From NCBI GenBank assembly GCA_965204335.1, contig OZ241982.1, positions 775,462 through 839,461 on the forward strand: a stretch of 64,000 nt of DNA. The letters run 5' to 3'. Positions 29,194 to 39,207 of this stretch are shown here, one piece after another. The number at the start of each line of letters is the position of its first letter. The first letter of the stretch is position 1. The notes under the pieces are model-generated. The model was not told where the DNA came from and made no database searches. It worked only from the letters and a program-made list of their open reading frames with translations. Source of the stretch: Dehalococcoidia bacterium. GTDB lineage: Bacteria; Chloroflexota; Dehalococcoidia; Bin125. The translations under genes were made by a program, and so were the position numbers.

Positions 29194-31251
29194 CTAGCCT
29201 TCCTCGGCCTCTTCCTCGGCCGGCTCGCCCATGCCCTCGTAGAGGTGGACCTCAATCTGCCAGGCGGTGATGCCCGAGGCCGCGCCTTCCGGCTGGAGCA
29301 ACACTCGCCACCGACCCGGCGGACTGGGCGAGTCCTCAGGCGTGATGAACACCGCGCTGGCGAGACAGCTGTCCGTGTCGCCGCAATTTGCGACCAACCG
29401 GCCCGACACCACGATCTGGCCGTCCTCGTCGAAGACGAACAGCCGCGCCGTGCTTTGATCCGTGCCGATCACCGTGGCAATGACCTCGAAGATGCCGTCC
29501 TGATCGGGGATGATCAGCGCGTTGTCCTCGTCCAGCTCGCTGCCGATGCCGATCAGCGTCGGCACCAGGCCATCCTCCGTGATTTCACCGCGCAGGCTCA
29601 GGTCCGCCATCGGACTCGGCAGGCTGACCCCGACGGTCAACTCCGCCTCTTCCTCCATCGCGGATGCTTCCGCCGGCGGCTCGCCTGCGATCTGCATGAC
29701 TGTCAACACATACGCCCCGGTGCCCGCATCGGCGTAGTCCTTCACGGTCAGTCGCACGACGCCGTCCTCCTGCGGGGCGAGCGTCAGCGCCGAGTCGCTG
29801 CCGAACGGTCCGCCGCCCGTGTCGTCGTCGATGCCGTCAACGCCGACACCCTCGGCGAACAGCACCGTGTCGAACAGCAGGCTCTGCACACGGACCTCGT
29901 AGACCCCATCAGCGCGCACGGCCAGGTCGTAGCTGTCCTGGTCCCCGGCGATGTCGATGCTCCCGACGAACGGCGTATTGATCACCAACGGCGTCATCTC
30001 ATCGACTTCCGAGATCGACATCAACTCGGCGCTGGACATGATCCGATACTCGGCGTCCGCCGGCATCGCCTCGGACGACTCCTCGCCCTCCCGCGCATCC
30101 GCCTGACCCGCATCCATCGCCCGCACCGGAATGATCGCCAGTCGGTACGGACCGACCGTGTCGGGAGCCACGCTGATGATCGTCGCGCCCGCGATCAGAT
30201 TCGAGTCCTGCAACACCTCGCCGTTGGCGTCGATCAGTTGCAGGAGCGCCGGCTCAGTGGCCGAAACCGACAGGGAAATCGTCTCGCCCGTCGCTTCATC
30301 CGCGATGTAGAGCGAGGTCGAGTGCTGCAACGGCCCGATGCTCAGCGTGTGCTCCATCGATGCCGTACCCGGATCCAGCGAGCGAGCCGGAGCGATCGCC
30401 GCCGGCGGCAGGCTGCGCGCGAGATCGCCGGTCGAGACGTACCAGCCAAGGCCGACCAGCGCCGCCGGAGCAATGCCGATCACCGTCCCCGCGCCGTCCA
30501 CCATCACCATCCCGGCCGTCGCGCCCGGCGGTCGAGCGTCGGTGCGCAGGAACGTGCGCTGGCCGGCTTCCCATTCGTCGACCCCGCTCAGCACGCCCGA
30601 GTACACCGACGGCAGGGACTCGGGCCCGTCGCCCATCGCATAACCGATGGCGAACACCGATGACCCGGGACGAATGCCCTCGCCGTCGCCCATGCGCGCG
30701 CCGGGCAGCCGTCGCACGAAATTCGGATCCAGCGGCCCCAGATAGGCGAGCCCGGTGAACTGATCCCGGCCGACGATCGCCAGATCGGTCAACGTGTCAC
30801 CGTTGGAGAGCAGCACATCGGCGGCGATTGCGCCGGCCAGCGTTCGCTCATCGACGATCACGTAACCCTCGGCGATCACGAGGCCCGTCGCCATGCCGTT
30901 CGGCGTCATCACGTAGGCCAGGCTGGGGAAGACGATGCTGTACGCGTTGGCGCCCTCGCCGCCCCCTTCGGCCTCCGGCGGCGGCTTCGGGCCTTCCGCT
31001 TCCGCCGGCGGTTGAGCGGCGGGCCTCGCCGCCGGCGCCGCCGTCGTCGACGCTTCCTGCTGAACCTGCTCCTCTTGCGCCTGCTGTTGTTCTTCCTCGT
31101 CGTCGGAGTCGTCGCCGACCAGATCACACGCGCTGAGCAGCAGTGCCGTGCCGATCAGCAGCGTCAACAGCCAGATTCCGCGATGGCGCAGACGGTTGGT
31201 CAGCATGGATAGGGTCATCTCGGCTCCCGTCGCTGTCACGACACGGCTCAT
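29194..31251 (-). CDS. Trypsin-like (S1) serine protease lipoprotein with C-terminal beta-rich, pre-peptidase-like domains
   Basis: Lipobox LLSAC, then a low-complexity linker, then a chymotrypsin-fold region with GDSGGP-like GATAGMVMV context, then repeated Gly/Asp-rich beta domains. Confidence 0.7.
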   Translation of the reverse strand: MSRVVTATGAEMTLSMLTNRLRHRGIWLLTLLIGTALLLSACDLVGDDSDDEEEQQQAQEEQVQQEASTTAAPAARPAAQPPAEAEGPKPPPEAEGGGEGANAYSIVFPSLAYVMTPNGMATGLVIAEGYVIVDERTLAGAIAADVLLSNGDTLTDLAIVGRDQFTGLAYLGPLDPNFVRRLPGARMGDGEGIRPGSSVFAIGYAMGDGPESLPSVYSGVLSGVDEWEAGQRTFLRTDARPPGATAGMVMVDGAGTVIGIAPAALVGLGWYVSTGDLARSLPPAAIAPARSLDPGTASMEHTLSIGPLQHSTSLYIADEATGETISLSVSATEPALLQLIDANGEVLQDSNLIAGATIISVAPDTVGPYRLAIIPVRAMDAGQADAREGEESSEAMPADAEYRIMSSAELMSISEVDEMTPLVINTPFVGSIDIAGDQDSYDLAVRADGVYEVRVQSLLFDTVLFAEGVGVDGIDDDTGGGPFGSDSALTLAPQEDGVVRLTVKDYADAGTGAYVLTVMQIAGEPPAEASAMEEEAELTVGVSLPSPMADLSLRGEITEDGLVPTLIGIGSELDEDNALIIPDQDGIFEVIATVIGTDQSTARLFVFDEDGQIVVSGRLVANCGDTDSCLASAVFITPEDSPSPPGRWRVLLQPEGAASGITAWQIEVHLYEGMGEPAEEEAEEG

Positions 31252-31437
31252 CCGCGTTCGGCCTGCGTCTCAGCCCTCACATTGCGTAGGGGATTGTGAT
31301 CGGAGTGTATCCCACGATCAGGGATCAACCGCCGACCGAACGCGGCCCGGCAGCCCGCAAACGACACTCCTCCGGAGGCGCGATACTGGCCGTATCGAAG
31401 AGCCGATTGACATCAGAACAGGGAATCGAGGGGCTCC

Positions 31438-31770
31438 ATGCAATACATCCTGCTGGTGCGGCTGTCGACCGAAGGAATCGACCAGACCCTGGAGAATCCG
31501 CGCGCGCCGCTCGATGCGGAGCGCAGCGTGATGGTGCCCGGCGTCAGCGCCCTCGGCATCTACGCGGTGCTCGGTCCCTACGACTTCACCTGCATCATCG
31601 ACGCGCCCGACAACGACGCCGCGGCGCGCTGGTCGATCGCTTTCGCCGCCCGCATCCGCGGCGAGATCACGACCATGCCCGCCGTACCCATCTCCCACCT
31701 GCAGGAACGCGGCGGGACCGAAGAATTCGAAGTGACATCGGAGCCGCTCCCCGGTCAGACCAGCGGATAG
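31438..31770 (+). CDS. GYD domain protein
   Basis: 110 aa with the GPYDF motif and ferredoxin-like fold typical of the GYD family. Confidence 0.6.
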   Translation: MQYILLVRLSTEGIDQTLENPRAPLDAERSVMVPGVSALGIYAVLGPYDFTCIIDAPDNDAAARWSIAFAARIRGEITTMPAVPISHLQERGGTEEFEVTSEPLPGQTSG

Positions 31771-31812
31771 CCGATCAGTCCCCTCTCTCTCTGGAGACTT
31801 GGGCACAGACCC

Positions 31813-31858
31813 GTTTCCGGTCCCCTCTCCCCGAGGGAGAGGGTTAGGGTGAGGGCCC
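31813..31858. repeat. Module C interspersed repeat abutting the tRNA 3' end
   Basis: gtttccggtcccctctccccgagggagagggttagggtgagggccc. Confidence 0.85.
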
Positions 31859-31875
31859 GGCCGCATCTGGAGCGC

Positions 31876-31950
31876 TGGAGCCGGCGGGGGGATTCGAACC
31901 CTCGGCCTACGGTTTACGAAACCGTTGCTCTACCTCTGAGCTACGCCGGC
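31876..31950 (-). tRNA. tRNA-Thr (anticodon CGU)
   Basis: Hand-folded 75-nt cloverleaf: acceptor GCCGGCG/CGCCGGC, D-arm GCTC-AGAGGTA-GAGC, anticodon arm ACGGT-TTCGTAA-ACCGT, T-loop TTCGAAT, discriminator U and encoded CCA. Confidence 0.85.
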
Positions 31951-32089
31951 AGCGACCTGAATCAGAGCGTATCGCAATCCCGGCAGACCGCCGCGTCTCC
32001 CGCCGGGCAGGCTCTCCGAGCACAAGCAGTCCCCGTTCTCCATTGAAAACGCCTCAACCTATCGACGTCTTCTCTGCATCAGATGCGGA

Positions 32090-32779
32090 GTGTTGCGTCT
32101 GCTCTATGGTCTACACATGTTCCGATTGACCGTCTCAACCATGGACGACGAGTTCGTCGCCCCCCTCCAACCCGGCCTGGAGCGCGAAGGCTTGCAGGTC
32201 GTCCGATACGCCCCGGCCGAAGGCAATGAGCCCGATCCCGCCGCGGCGCCGGATGTGCTCTTGCTCGACTGGCGTCACGCCGTGCCGGCCTCGAAGCCGT
32301 CCGAGGTGCAGGCCTGGCCCGACGCCATGCGCCTCGCCGTCCTGCGCCCCGCCGACACCCACCTGTTGGGGCCAACCCAGGAACTCGACGATTTCATGCT
32401 GGCGCCCGTGCATGAGGCGGAGCTGATCGCCAGGGTCCAGCTCGTGCTCTGGCGTCACGGACGGGCATTAACCCGGAACACCCTGGAGGCCGGCGACCTC
32501 GTCGTCGACACGTCCAACTACCAGGTCTTCGAAGGCGGCCGCTCGGTCTCGCTGACGTTCAAGGAGTTCGAGCTCCTGCGCTTCCTCATGACCCACAACC
32601 AGCAGGTCTTCACCAGGGAGACCTTGCTCAACCGGGTCTGGGGCTACAACTACTACGGAGGCTCGCGCACGGTCGACGTGCACATCCGCCGCCTGCGCTC
32701 GAAGCTCGAAGCCGGCGGCCAGCGCTACGTCGAGACCGTCCGAAACGTCGGCTACCGCTTCGCCCTCCCCCTCCGCTAA
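32090..32779 (+). CDS. Orphan OmpR-family winged-helix regulator with an atypical receiver domain (GlnR-like)
   Basis: C-terminal OmpR/PhoB wHTH (LTFKEFELLRFLMTHNQQVFTRETLLNRVWG...RTVDVHIRRLRSKL). Divergent N-terminal receiver-like domain. No histidine kinase adjacent. Upstream of glnA. Confidence 0.7.
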   Translation: MLRLLYGLHMFRLTVSTMDDEFVAPLQPGLEREGLQVVRYAPAEGNEPDPAAAPDVLLLDWRHAVPASKPSEVQAWPDAMRLAVLRPADTHLLGPTQELDDFMLAPVHEAELIARVQLVLWRHGRALTRNTLEAGDLVVDTSNYQVFEGGRSVSLTFKEFELLRFLMTHNQQVFTRETLLNRVWGYNYYGGSRTVDVHIRRLRSKLEAGGQRYVETVRNVGYRFALPLR

Positions 32780-32784
32780 CCCCC

Positions 32785-32846
32785 TCCGGTCCCCTCTCCC
32801 CCCGCTCCGCGGGGGGAGATGCCGCAGGCAGAGGGGGCTCCCCAGA
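32785..32846. repeat. Module C-start / module B hybrid repeat
   Basis: ccggtcccctctccccccgctccgcggggggagatgccgcaggcagagggggctcccc. Confidence 0.85.
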
Positions 32847-33144
32847 ACCCGAACAAGAGGCCCCGAACTCATCGCACGGGAAGCCCGGCTCGCCCAGGCC
32901 GCATCAGACCCGAACTGGCGCCGGCGGCATGCGCCTTTACAGACAAGCCGGATACACAACGTCGCGCCTTCGAAGCGCGGCGGCGGGCGTAACTCAGGTG
33001 TAACCCAGAACCGTCTGGTACGGCTTGCGCTGCCCATACGATGATGCGCAGCAAGCATTGATCCTGCGTGGTCGGCGGCAGTGCGCGTGTGCGACTCCAA
33101 CCGGCCCCCACTTTGACCGCGCAGAGCAAAGAGAGGCACAGCCC

Positions 33145-34563
33145 ATGGCAACCCTTGGCGACATTCAGAACCTGATCCAGGATCAGGGCATTCGTCGCGT
33201 CGACCTGCTGGTCACCGACCTGATCGGCCGCTGGCAGCACTTCAGCATTCCTGCCTCAAAGGTCGACGAAGACCTCGTCGAGCGCGGCCAGGGCTTCGAC
33301 GGCTCCTCGTTGCGCGGATTCCAGAGCATCGACGAATCCGACATGCTGCTCCGCCCCGACCTCGACAGCGCCCGGATCGATCCAACCATCGACACGCCCA
33401 CGCTCACCTTCATCTGCGATGTGCACGATCCGATCACCGGCGAACGCTACAGCCGCGACCCGCGCTACGTCGCGACGAAGGCCGAGCAGCATTTGATCGA
33501 CTCCGGCATCGCCGACCAGGTCTTCTTCGGCCCCGAGCTCGAGTTCTTTTTGTTCGACCACGTCCAGTTCCAGCTCTCGATCAACCAGGCCTTCTACGTC
33601 GTCGAGTCGGACGAGGCCGACTGGAACAGCGGCCGAGACGAGGACGACCACAACCTCGGCTACAAGATCCCGCCCAAGCAGGGCTACTCGCCCACCGCCC
33701 CCTTCGACACGCTCAGCGACATCCGCTGGGAGATGGCCGACGCGATGGGCAAGGTCGGGATGGAACTCGAAGTCCATCACCACGAGGTCGCGACCGGCGG
33801 CCAGGGCGAGATCGCCACGCGCTTCAACACCCTGCGCACCAAGGCCGACGAGACCCAGTGGTACAAGCACATCGTCCGCAACGTCGCCAGGGCCCACGGC
33901 AAGAGCGCGACCTTCATGCCCAAACCGCTCTTCGGCGACAACGGCACCGGCATGCACTGCCACCAGTCGTTGTGGAAGGACGGCTCCCCCCTCTTCTACG
34001 AAGGCGGCAAATACGCCGACCTCTCCGACACGGCCCGCCACTACATCGGCGGCCTGCTCAAGCACGGCTCCGCCCTGCTCGCCTTCTGCGCGCCGACCAC
34101 CAACTCGTACAAGCGACTCGTGCCCGGCTTCGAAGCGCCGATCTACCTCGCCTACTCGCAACGCAACCGCTCCGCCGCGGTCCGCATCCCCACCTACGAG
34201 TCCTCGCCCAACAGCAAGCGTCTCGAGTTCCGACCCCCCGACGCCTCGGCCAACACCTACCTCGCCTTCTCGGCGATGCTGATGGCCGGCCTCGACGGCA
34301 TCCGGAACCAGATCGAGCCGGGCGAGCCGGTCGACACCGACATCTACGAGCTCTCCGTCGAGGAGGCGGCCGGCATCCCCTCGGTGCCCCACTCGCTCGA
34401 AGGCTCGCTCGAAGCGCTGGCGGCCGATCACGACTTCCTGATGACAGGCGGCGTCTTCACCCAGGACCTGATCGACGAGTACCAGGACTTCAAGCTGACC
34501 GAGGCCCGCGACGTCTTCCAGCACCCCGTCCCGGCCGAGTTCTTCCACTACTACCACATCTAG
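33145..34563 (+). CDS. glnA: Glutamine synthetase type I (GlnA1-like, adenylylation-site type)
   Basis: GS-I beta-grasp and catalytic domains. Tyr in DIYELSVEE matches the adenylylation loop. AGAGAGG Shine-Dalgarno. Confidence 0.9.
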   Translation: MATLGDIQNLIQDQGIRRVDLLVTDLIGRWQHFSIPASKVDEDLVERGQGFDGSSLRGFQSIDESDMLLRPDLDSARIDPTIDTPTLTFICDVHDPITGERYSRDPRYVATKAEQHLIDSGIADQVFFGPELEFFLFDHVQFQLSINQAFYVVESDEADWNSGRDEDDHNLGYKIPPKQGYSPTAPFDTLSDIRWEMADAMGKVGMELEVHHHEVATGGQGEIATRFNTLRTKADETQWYKHIVRNVARAHGKSATFMPKPLFGDNGTGMHCHQSLWKDGSPLFYEGGKYADLSDTARHYIGGLLKHGSALLAFCAPTTNSYKRLVPGFEAPIYLAYSQRNRSAAVRIPTYESSPNSKRLEFRPPDASANTYLAFSAMLMAGLDGIRNQIEPGEPVDTDIYELSVEEAAGIPSVPHSLEGSLEALAADHDFLMTGGVFTQDLIDEYQDFKLTEARDVFQHPVPAEFFHYYHI

Positions 34564-34565
34564 CA

Positions 34566-34716
34566 TCCGGTCCCCTCTCCCTGAGGGAGAGGGCTAGGGT
34601 GAGGGCCCCGCTCCATGGGTGAAGATGCCGCGACTCTTCCCCTCTCCCCCCGCTTCGCGGGGGGAGCCTGCCCCGCACTTGATGCGGGGATGTCACGTAG
34701 TGACAGAGGGGGGCAA
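34566..34716. repeat. Composite repeat C plus B plus A plus tail between the two glnA genes
   Basis: ggtcccctctccctgagggagagggctagggtgagggcc, ...ctccccccgcttcgcggggggag, cctgccccgcacttgatgcgggg, atgtcacgtagtgacagaggggggc. Confidence 0.85.
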
Positions 34717-34735
34717 CCGCTGAACCCCAAATGAC

Positions 34736-36085
34736 ATGACCACCCTCGACCCGGACCCCAACGCGCCACCCAGCGAGCATCAGCACGTCCTCAACGCCTG
34801 CCGCGAGCACGACGTGCGCTTCGTGCGGCTCTGGTTCACCGACCTCCTGGGCCAGCTCAAGTCGGTCGCGATCACGATCGACGAGTTGCCCGCCGCCCTC
34901 GAAAAGGGCGTTGAGTTCGACGGCGCCTCGATCGAGGGCTTCGCCAGGCACGACGAGTCGGACATGGTCGCCCTGCCCGATCCGGACACCTTCGTCGTCC
35001 TGCCCTGGCGTCCCCAGCAACACCGGGTCGCCCGGATGATCTGCGACATTCACCGCCGCAACGGCGACCCGTTCGAAGGCGACCCGCGCCGCGTCCTGCG
35101 TCGCCAGCTCGAATCGGCCCAGCAGCGCGGTTACACCTTCTACGTCGCGCCGCAGATCGAGTACTTCTACTTCCGCGCGCCCGATGATCCCTCACCGCTC
35201 GATTCCGGTGGCTACTTCGACCTCTCGCCCCTCGACACGGCGACCGACCTCCGCCGCGAGACCGTGCTGACGCTGGAGGAGATGGGCATCGGCGTCGAGT
35301 CCTCTCACCACGAGGCGGCGCCCTCGCAGCATGAGATCGACCTGCGCTACACCGACGCCCTGACCATGGCCGACCAGGTTATGACCACGCGGCTCGTGGT
35401 CAAGGAAGTCGCAATCAAGCAGGGCGTCCACGCGACCTTCATGCCGAAGCCGCTCAACGGCGTCAACGGGTCGGGGATGCACGTCTACCTGTCGCTCTGG
35501 GACCACGAACAAAACCTGTTCTACGAAGAGGGCGGCGGTCTCTCGGTGATCGCGCGCTCGTTCCTCGCCGGCCTGCTCAAGTACACGCCGCAGTTCACGC
35601 TGATCACCAACCAGTGGTCGAACAGCTACAAGCGCCTCGCCCCCGGCACCGAGGCGCCGGTTTACCTGACCTGGTCGCACGCCAACCAGTCCGACCTCGT
35701 GCGCATCCCCGAGTACGAGCCGGGCGACTCCGAATCGACGCGGCTCGAGTACCGGGGCGCGGATTCGGCCACCAACCCTTACCTCGCGTTCTCAGCCTTC
35801 CTCGCCGCCGGCCTGCGAGGCATCGACGAGGGTCTGACGCCGCCGCCGGCCGCCGAAGACAACGTCTTCGAGCTGACGCCGACCCAGCGCTCCGCACGCG
35901 ACATCGTCGAGATGCCCACCACGCAGGGCCGGGCGATCGAGGCCTTCTCCAAATCGGATCTGATGAGGAACGTGTTGGGCGAGTACGTCTGGTCAACGGT
36001 GCTGCAGAACAAGCGCCTCGAGTGGGACGAATACCGCTCGCAGGTGACCGACTACGAACTGCGCCGTTACCTGGCCGTGCTGTAG
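34736..36085 (+). CDS. glnA2: Glutamine synthetase type I, GlnA2-like paralogue
   Basis: N-terminus VRFVRLWFTDLLGQLKSVAI...GVEFDGASIEGFAR is highly similar to actinobacterial GlnA2. No adenylylation Tyr motif. Confidence 0.85.
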   Translation: MTTLDPDPNAPPSEHQHVLNACREHDVRFVRLWFTDLLGQLKSVAITIDELPAALEKGVEFDGASIEGFARHDESDMVALPDPDTFVVLPWRPQQHRVARMICDIHRRNGDPFEGDPRRVLRRQLESAQQRGYTFYVAPQIEYFYFRAPDDPSPLDSGGYFDLSPLDTATDLRRETVLTLEEMGIGVESSHHEAAPSQHEIDLRYTDALTMADQVMTTRLVVKEVAIKQGVHATFMPKPLNGVNGSGMHVYLSLWDHEQNLFYEEGGGLSVIARSFLAGLLKYTPQFTLITNQWSNSYKRLAPGTEAPVYLTWSHANQSDLVRIPEYEPGDSESTRLEYRGADSATNPYLAFSAFLAAGLRGIDEGLTPPPAAEDNVFELTPTQRSARDIVEMPTTQGRAIEAFSKSDLMRNVLGEYVWSTVLQNKRLEWDEYRSQVTDYELRRYLAVL

Positions 36086-36093
36086 CGCTCTCG

Positions 36094-37659
36094 CTAGCCG
36101 CCCACGACCGACGCCGACAGCGCCGCCGCCTGCTCGAACAGACCCTCGGTCGAGCTGTGGATCACGTCGAACAGCGGCGTCGGGTAGAGCCCGATGAAGA
36201 GCACGCCGGCGACCAGCACGATCAGCGCCCCGGCCAGTGGTCTCGAGACGTGGAAGCGGGCGCGATCCGAGCCCTCCGGCTCGTACAGGTACATCTGCTT
36301 GATCACCATCAGGTAGTAGTAGAGCGAGACGAACGAGACCGTCACACCGATCGCGCCCAACCAGAGGAAGCCGTTGTTGAAGGCCGCCTGGAAGATGATG
36401 AACTTGGTCGCGAAGCCGGCAAACAACGGCATCCCCGCCAACGAGAACAACGCGGCCGCAATCGAGAACGCAAGGAACGGCTGACGCTCGGCCAGCCCGC
36501 GCAGATCGATGATGTCGTCCCGGCCGGTGCGGTTATAGAACGCGATGATCGCGGCAAAGACGGCGATGTTGGTGGTCACGTAGCCGATCAGGTGCAGCAC
36601 CAGCGCCGAGGCCGCATCCTGCGACTGGGCGATATCGGCGGCGTTGAGCGCCACGATCCCGACAAGCAGGTATCCAACCTGAGAGATCGACGAATAGGCC
36701 ATCAGCCGCTTGAAGTTGGTCTGCTGCAACGCCATCAGGTTGCCGACGATCATCGTCACGGCGGCCAGGATGCCGACGAACCAGACCCACTCGGCCGCGG
36801 CGGGCAGGAATGCCTCGGAGAACAGGCGCAGGAAGAATGCGAAGGCTGCGGCCTTGCCGCCCGCGCTGAGGAACGCGGTGATCGGCAGCGGCGCGCCCTG
36901 GTAGGCGTCCGGCGTCCACTGGTGGAACGGCACGGCCGAGACTTTGAACCCCAGACCCGCGGTGATCAACACGAGCCCGATCAGCAGGCCCGGCCGGGTC
37001 GCATCGGGATCAACCCCGCCGCTGCCGCCGGCGAACGATGCGAGCTGGTCGGCGATGTTGCGCGTGCCTTCGACGACATCCGGTCCAATCGCCGAATAGG
37101 TCGTCGTTCCGGTGACGCCGTAGATCAGCGAGATGCCGTAGAGCATCAGCGCCGAGGAAAAGGCGCCGAGCAGCATGTACTTGAGCGAACCCTCGTTGGA
37201 GAACGGATTCAGCTTGTTGAATCCGACCAGGATGTAGAAGCTGAACGACAGCAGCTCGAGCGAGAGGTAGGCCGTGAGCAACTCGCGCGAAGCGGCAAGC
37301 AGCATCATTCCCAGCGTGGCGAAGACGATCAGGCCGTAGAACTCGGCGTGGTTCTTGAGCCGGTCGCCGGCGAACTGGACCGCCGCCATGACCGTGAAGA
37401 ACGCGATCCCGAGGAAGAAGACGCGGAACAGCACCGTGAAGTGGTCGACCGCGAGAACCGTGCCGAAGTCGTCGTTGGTGTTCCAATAGGCAACCGCCGT
37501 GACGATGGCGATCACGGCCAGCCCGGCGGCGGTGAAGTAACCGAACCACTTCTGGTCGACCTGACGGAACATCAACGCGGCCGCAATCACGACCACGGCC
37601 AGACCGGCCATGACGAATTCGGGGATGATCAGCTGATATTCGAGGTCCATCAGTGTCAC
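36094..37659 (-). CDS. nuoN: NADH-quinone oxidoreductase subunit N
   Basis: 14 transmembrane-helix antiporter-like subunit, last gene of the nuo operon. Confidence 0.85.
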   Translation of the reverse strand: MTLMDLEYQLIIPEFVMAGLAVVVIAAALMFRQVDQKWFGYFTAAGLAVIAIVTAVAYWNTNDDFGTVLAVDHFTVLFRVFFLGIAFFTVMAAVQFAGDRLKNHAEFYGLIVFATLGMMLLAASRELLTAYLSLELLSFSFYILVGFNKLNPFSNEGSLKYMLLGAFSSALMLYGISLIYGVTGTTTYSAIGPDVVEGTRNIADQLASFAGGSGGVDPDATRPGLLIGLVLITAGLGFKVSAVPFHQWTPDAYQGAPLPITAFLSAGGKAAAFAFFLRLFSEAFLPAAAEWVWFVGILAAVTMIVGNLMALQQTNFKRLMAYSSISQVGYLLVGIVALNAADIAQSQDAASALVLHLIGYVTTNIAVFAAIIAFYNRTGRDDIIDLRGLAERQPFLAFSIAAALFSLAGMPLFAGFATKFIIFQAAFNNGFLWLGAIGVTVSFVSLYYYLMVIKQMYLYEPEGSDRARFHVSRPLAGALIVLVAGVLFIGLYPTPLFDVIHSSTEGLFEQAAALSASVVGG

Positions 37660-39176
37660 CGTCCGGTCAGCGAACTGAGTGTGAACAGTCCGCCAATCTG
37701 GTCAACTCCGGGCAGTTCCGCAACCGTCGGCGCGATTCGGTCGACGAACGGGTCGGGCCAGACGCCCATCGCGATGATCGGCGCGATGAGCACGATCGCC
37801 GCGGCGATCTCCCAGCGAGTCAGTTCCTTCAGGTTCTCCCAGCGCGGGTTGAACGGCCCCAGCGCGGCTCGGCCCATCAGACGCAGCACGTAGATGGCGG
37901 TCAGCGCGGCTGAGAGGATGCCCAACGCGGCAAACAGCGGGAACGTGTCGATCGCGCCGACGAAGATGTGGAACTCGGCCACGAATCCCGACAGACCGGG
38001 TAAGCCGAGCGAGGTCAGGCCGGCAATACCGAAGAAGATCACGAACAGCGGCATCTTGCGCACCAGTCCGCCGAACACGCGGATGTCCCTCGTGTGCGCC
38101 TGGTCGTAGAGTCCGCCGACCATGGCGAAGAAGAGCGCGGTCATCACGCCGTGCGAGAACATCTGCAGCACGGCTCCGTTCACTCCGATGTTGTTCATCG
38201 TCCCCAGTCCCATCAGCACGAAGCCCATGTGAGAGACGGACGAGTAACCGATCACGAACTTGAGGTCGGTCTGATGGATCGCCGAGATCGCGCCGTAAAC
38301 CGCGGCGACGCCGCCCAACACGAGCAGAACGGGCATCCAGAAGTCGGTGCCGGCCGGCAGGATCTCCATGCCGAGGCGAATCACGCCGAATGCCCCGAGC
38401 TTCATCAGCACGCCGGCGTGAAGCATCGAGACGGCCGTCGGCGCGGCCACGTGGCCGTCGGGCGACCAGGTATGGAAGGGGAACAGACCGGCCAGGACCC
38501 CACAGCCGATCATGAAGAAGGGGAAGAACGTATTGGCGAAGCCGCGGCCGAACTCGATATCTCGCAGCACCGCCATGTCGAATGTGCCCGCGCCGGCCTC
38601 GGCGAAGACCGCGAAAATGCCGACGAAGATCAGCACCGAGCCGCCGACCAGGACCATGGTCAGCTTCATCGCGCCGTATTCCTTGTTGGTCGAGCCCCAG
38701 ATCACGATCAGCAGGTACATCGGCAGCACGGCGAGCTCGTAGGCGAAGAACCAGAAGAACAGGTCCTGGCCGATGTAGACGCCGTAGACGCCGGTGAACA
38801 GCGCCATGAAGAGGATGAAGAAGTCTTTCACCCGATGCGTGATCTTCCAGGAGACCAGTACGCCGGCGAAGCCGACCAGGCCGTTGAGCAGGACCATCGG
38901 CGCAGCGATACCGTCGACCGCGAGGTGCAGCGAAATGCCGTTCTCACCAAGGAAGCCGATGTTCTCAATCCACGGGTACTGCAGATCGAACTGGTAGCCG
39001 CCCTCGGCGAAGTCGTAGACGGCGAAGATCCAGATCGAGTCGATCAGCGTGGCGGTCGTGGCGATCAGTGCGATCCAGCGCACGACGTTGGCGTGCCGCG
39101 AGGGCACGAAGACCGTGAGCAGCATCGCCGCCCCGGGGATCAGCAAGAGCAGGAGGAGAGCTTCACCTGCGTCCAC
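37656..39176 (-). CDS. nuoM: NADH-quinone oxidoreductase subunit M
   Basis: Antiporter-like subunit. ATGA overlap with nuoN. Confidence 0.85.
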   Translation of the reverse strand: MDAGEALLLLLLIPGAAMLLTVFVPSRHANVVRWIALIATTATLIDSIWIFAVYDFAEGGYQFDLQYPWIENIGFLGENGISLHLAVDGIAAPMVLLNGLVGFAGVLVSWKITHRVKDFFILFMALFTGVYGVYIGQDLFFWFFAYELAVLPMYLLIVIWGSTNKEYGAMKLTMVLVGGSVLIFVGIFAVFAEAGAGTFDMAVLRDIEFGRGFANTFFPFFMIGCGVLAGLFPFHTWSPDGHVAAPTAVSMLHAGVLMKLGAFGVIRLGMEILPAGTDFWMPVLLVLGGVAAVYGAISAIHQTDLKFVIGYSSVSHMGFVLMGLGTMNNIGVNGAVLQMFSHGVMTALFFAMVGGLYDQAHTRDIRVFGGLVRKMPLFVIFFGIAGLTSLGLPGLSGFVAEFHIFVGAIDTFPLFAALGILSAALTAIYVLRLMGRAALGPFNPRWENLKELTRWEIAAAIVLIAPIIAMGVWPDPFVDRIAPTVAELPGVDQIGGLFTLSSLTGR

Positions 39177-39207
39177 GCTGTGCGCCTCTCTCTATCTCGT
39201 TCGCTTG

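Noticed and set aside
32847-33144. Glutamine riboswitch in the long glnA leader
   Set aside because: I could not match the glnA RNA motif from memory with confidence. Left as an untested possibility rather than a call.
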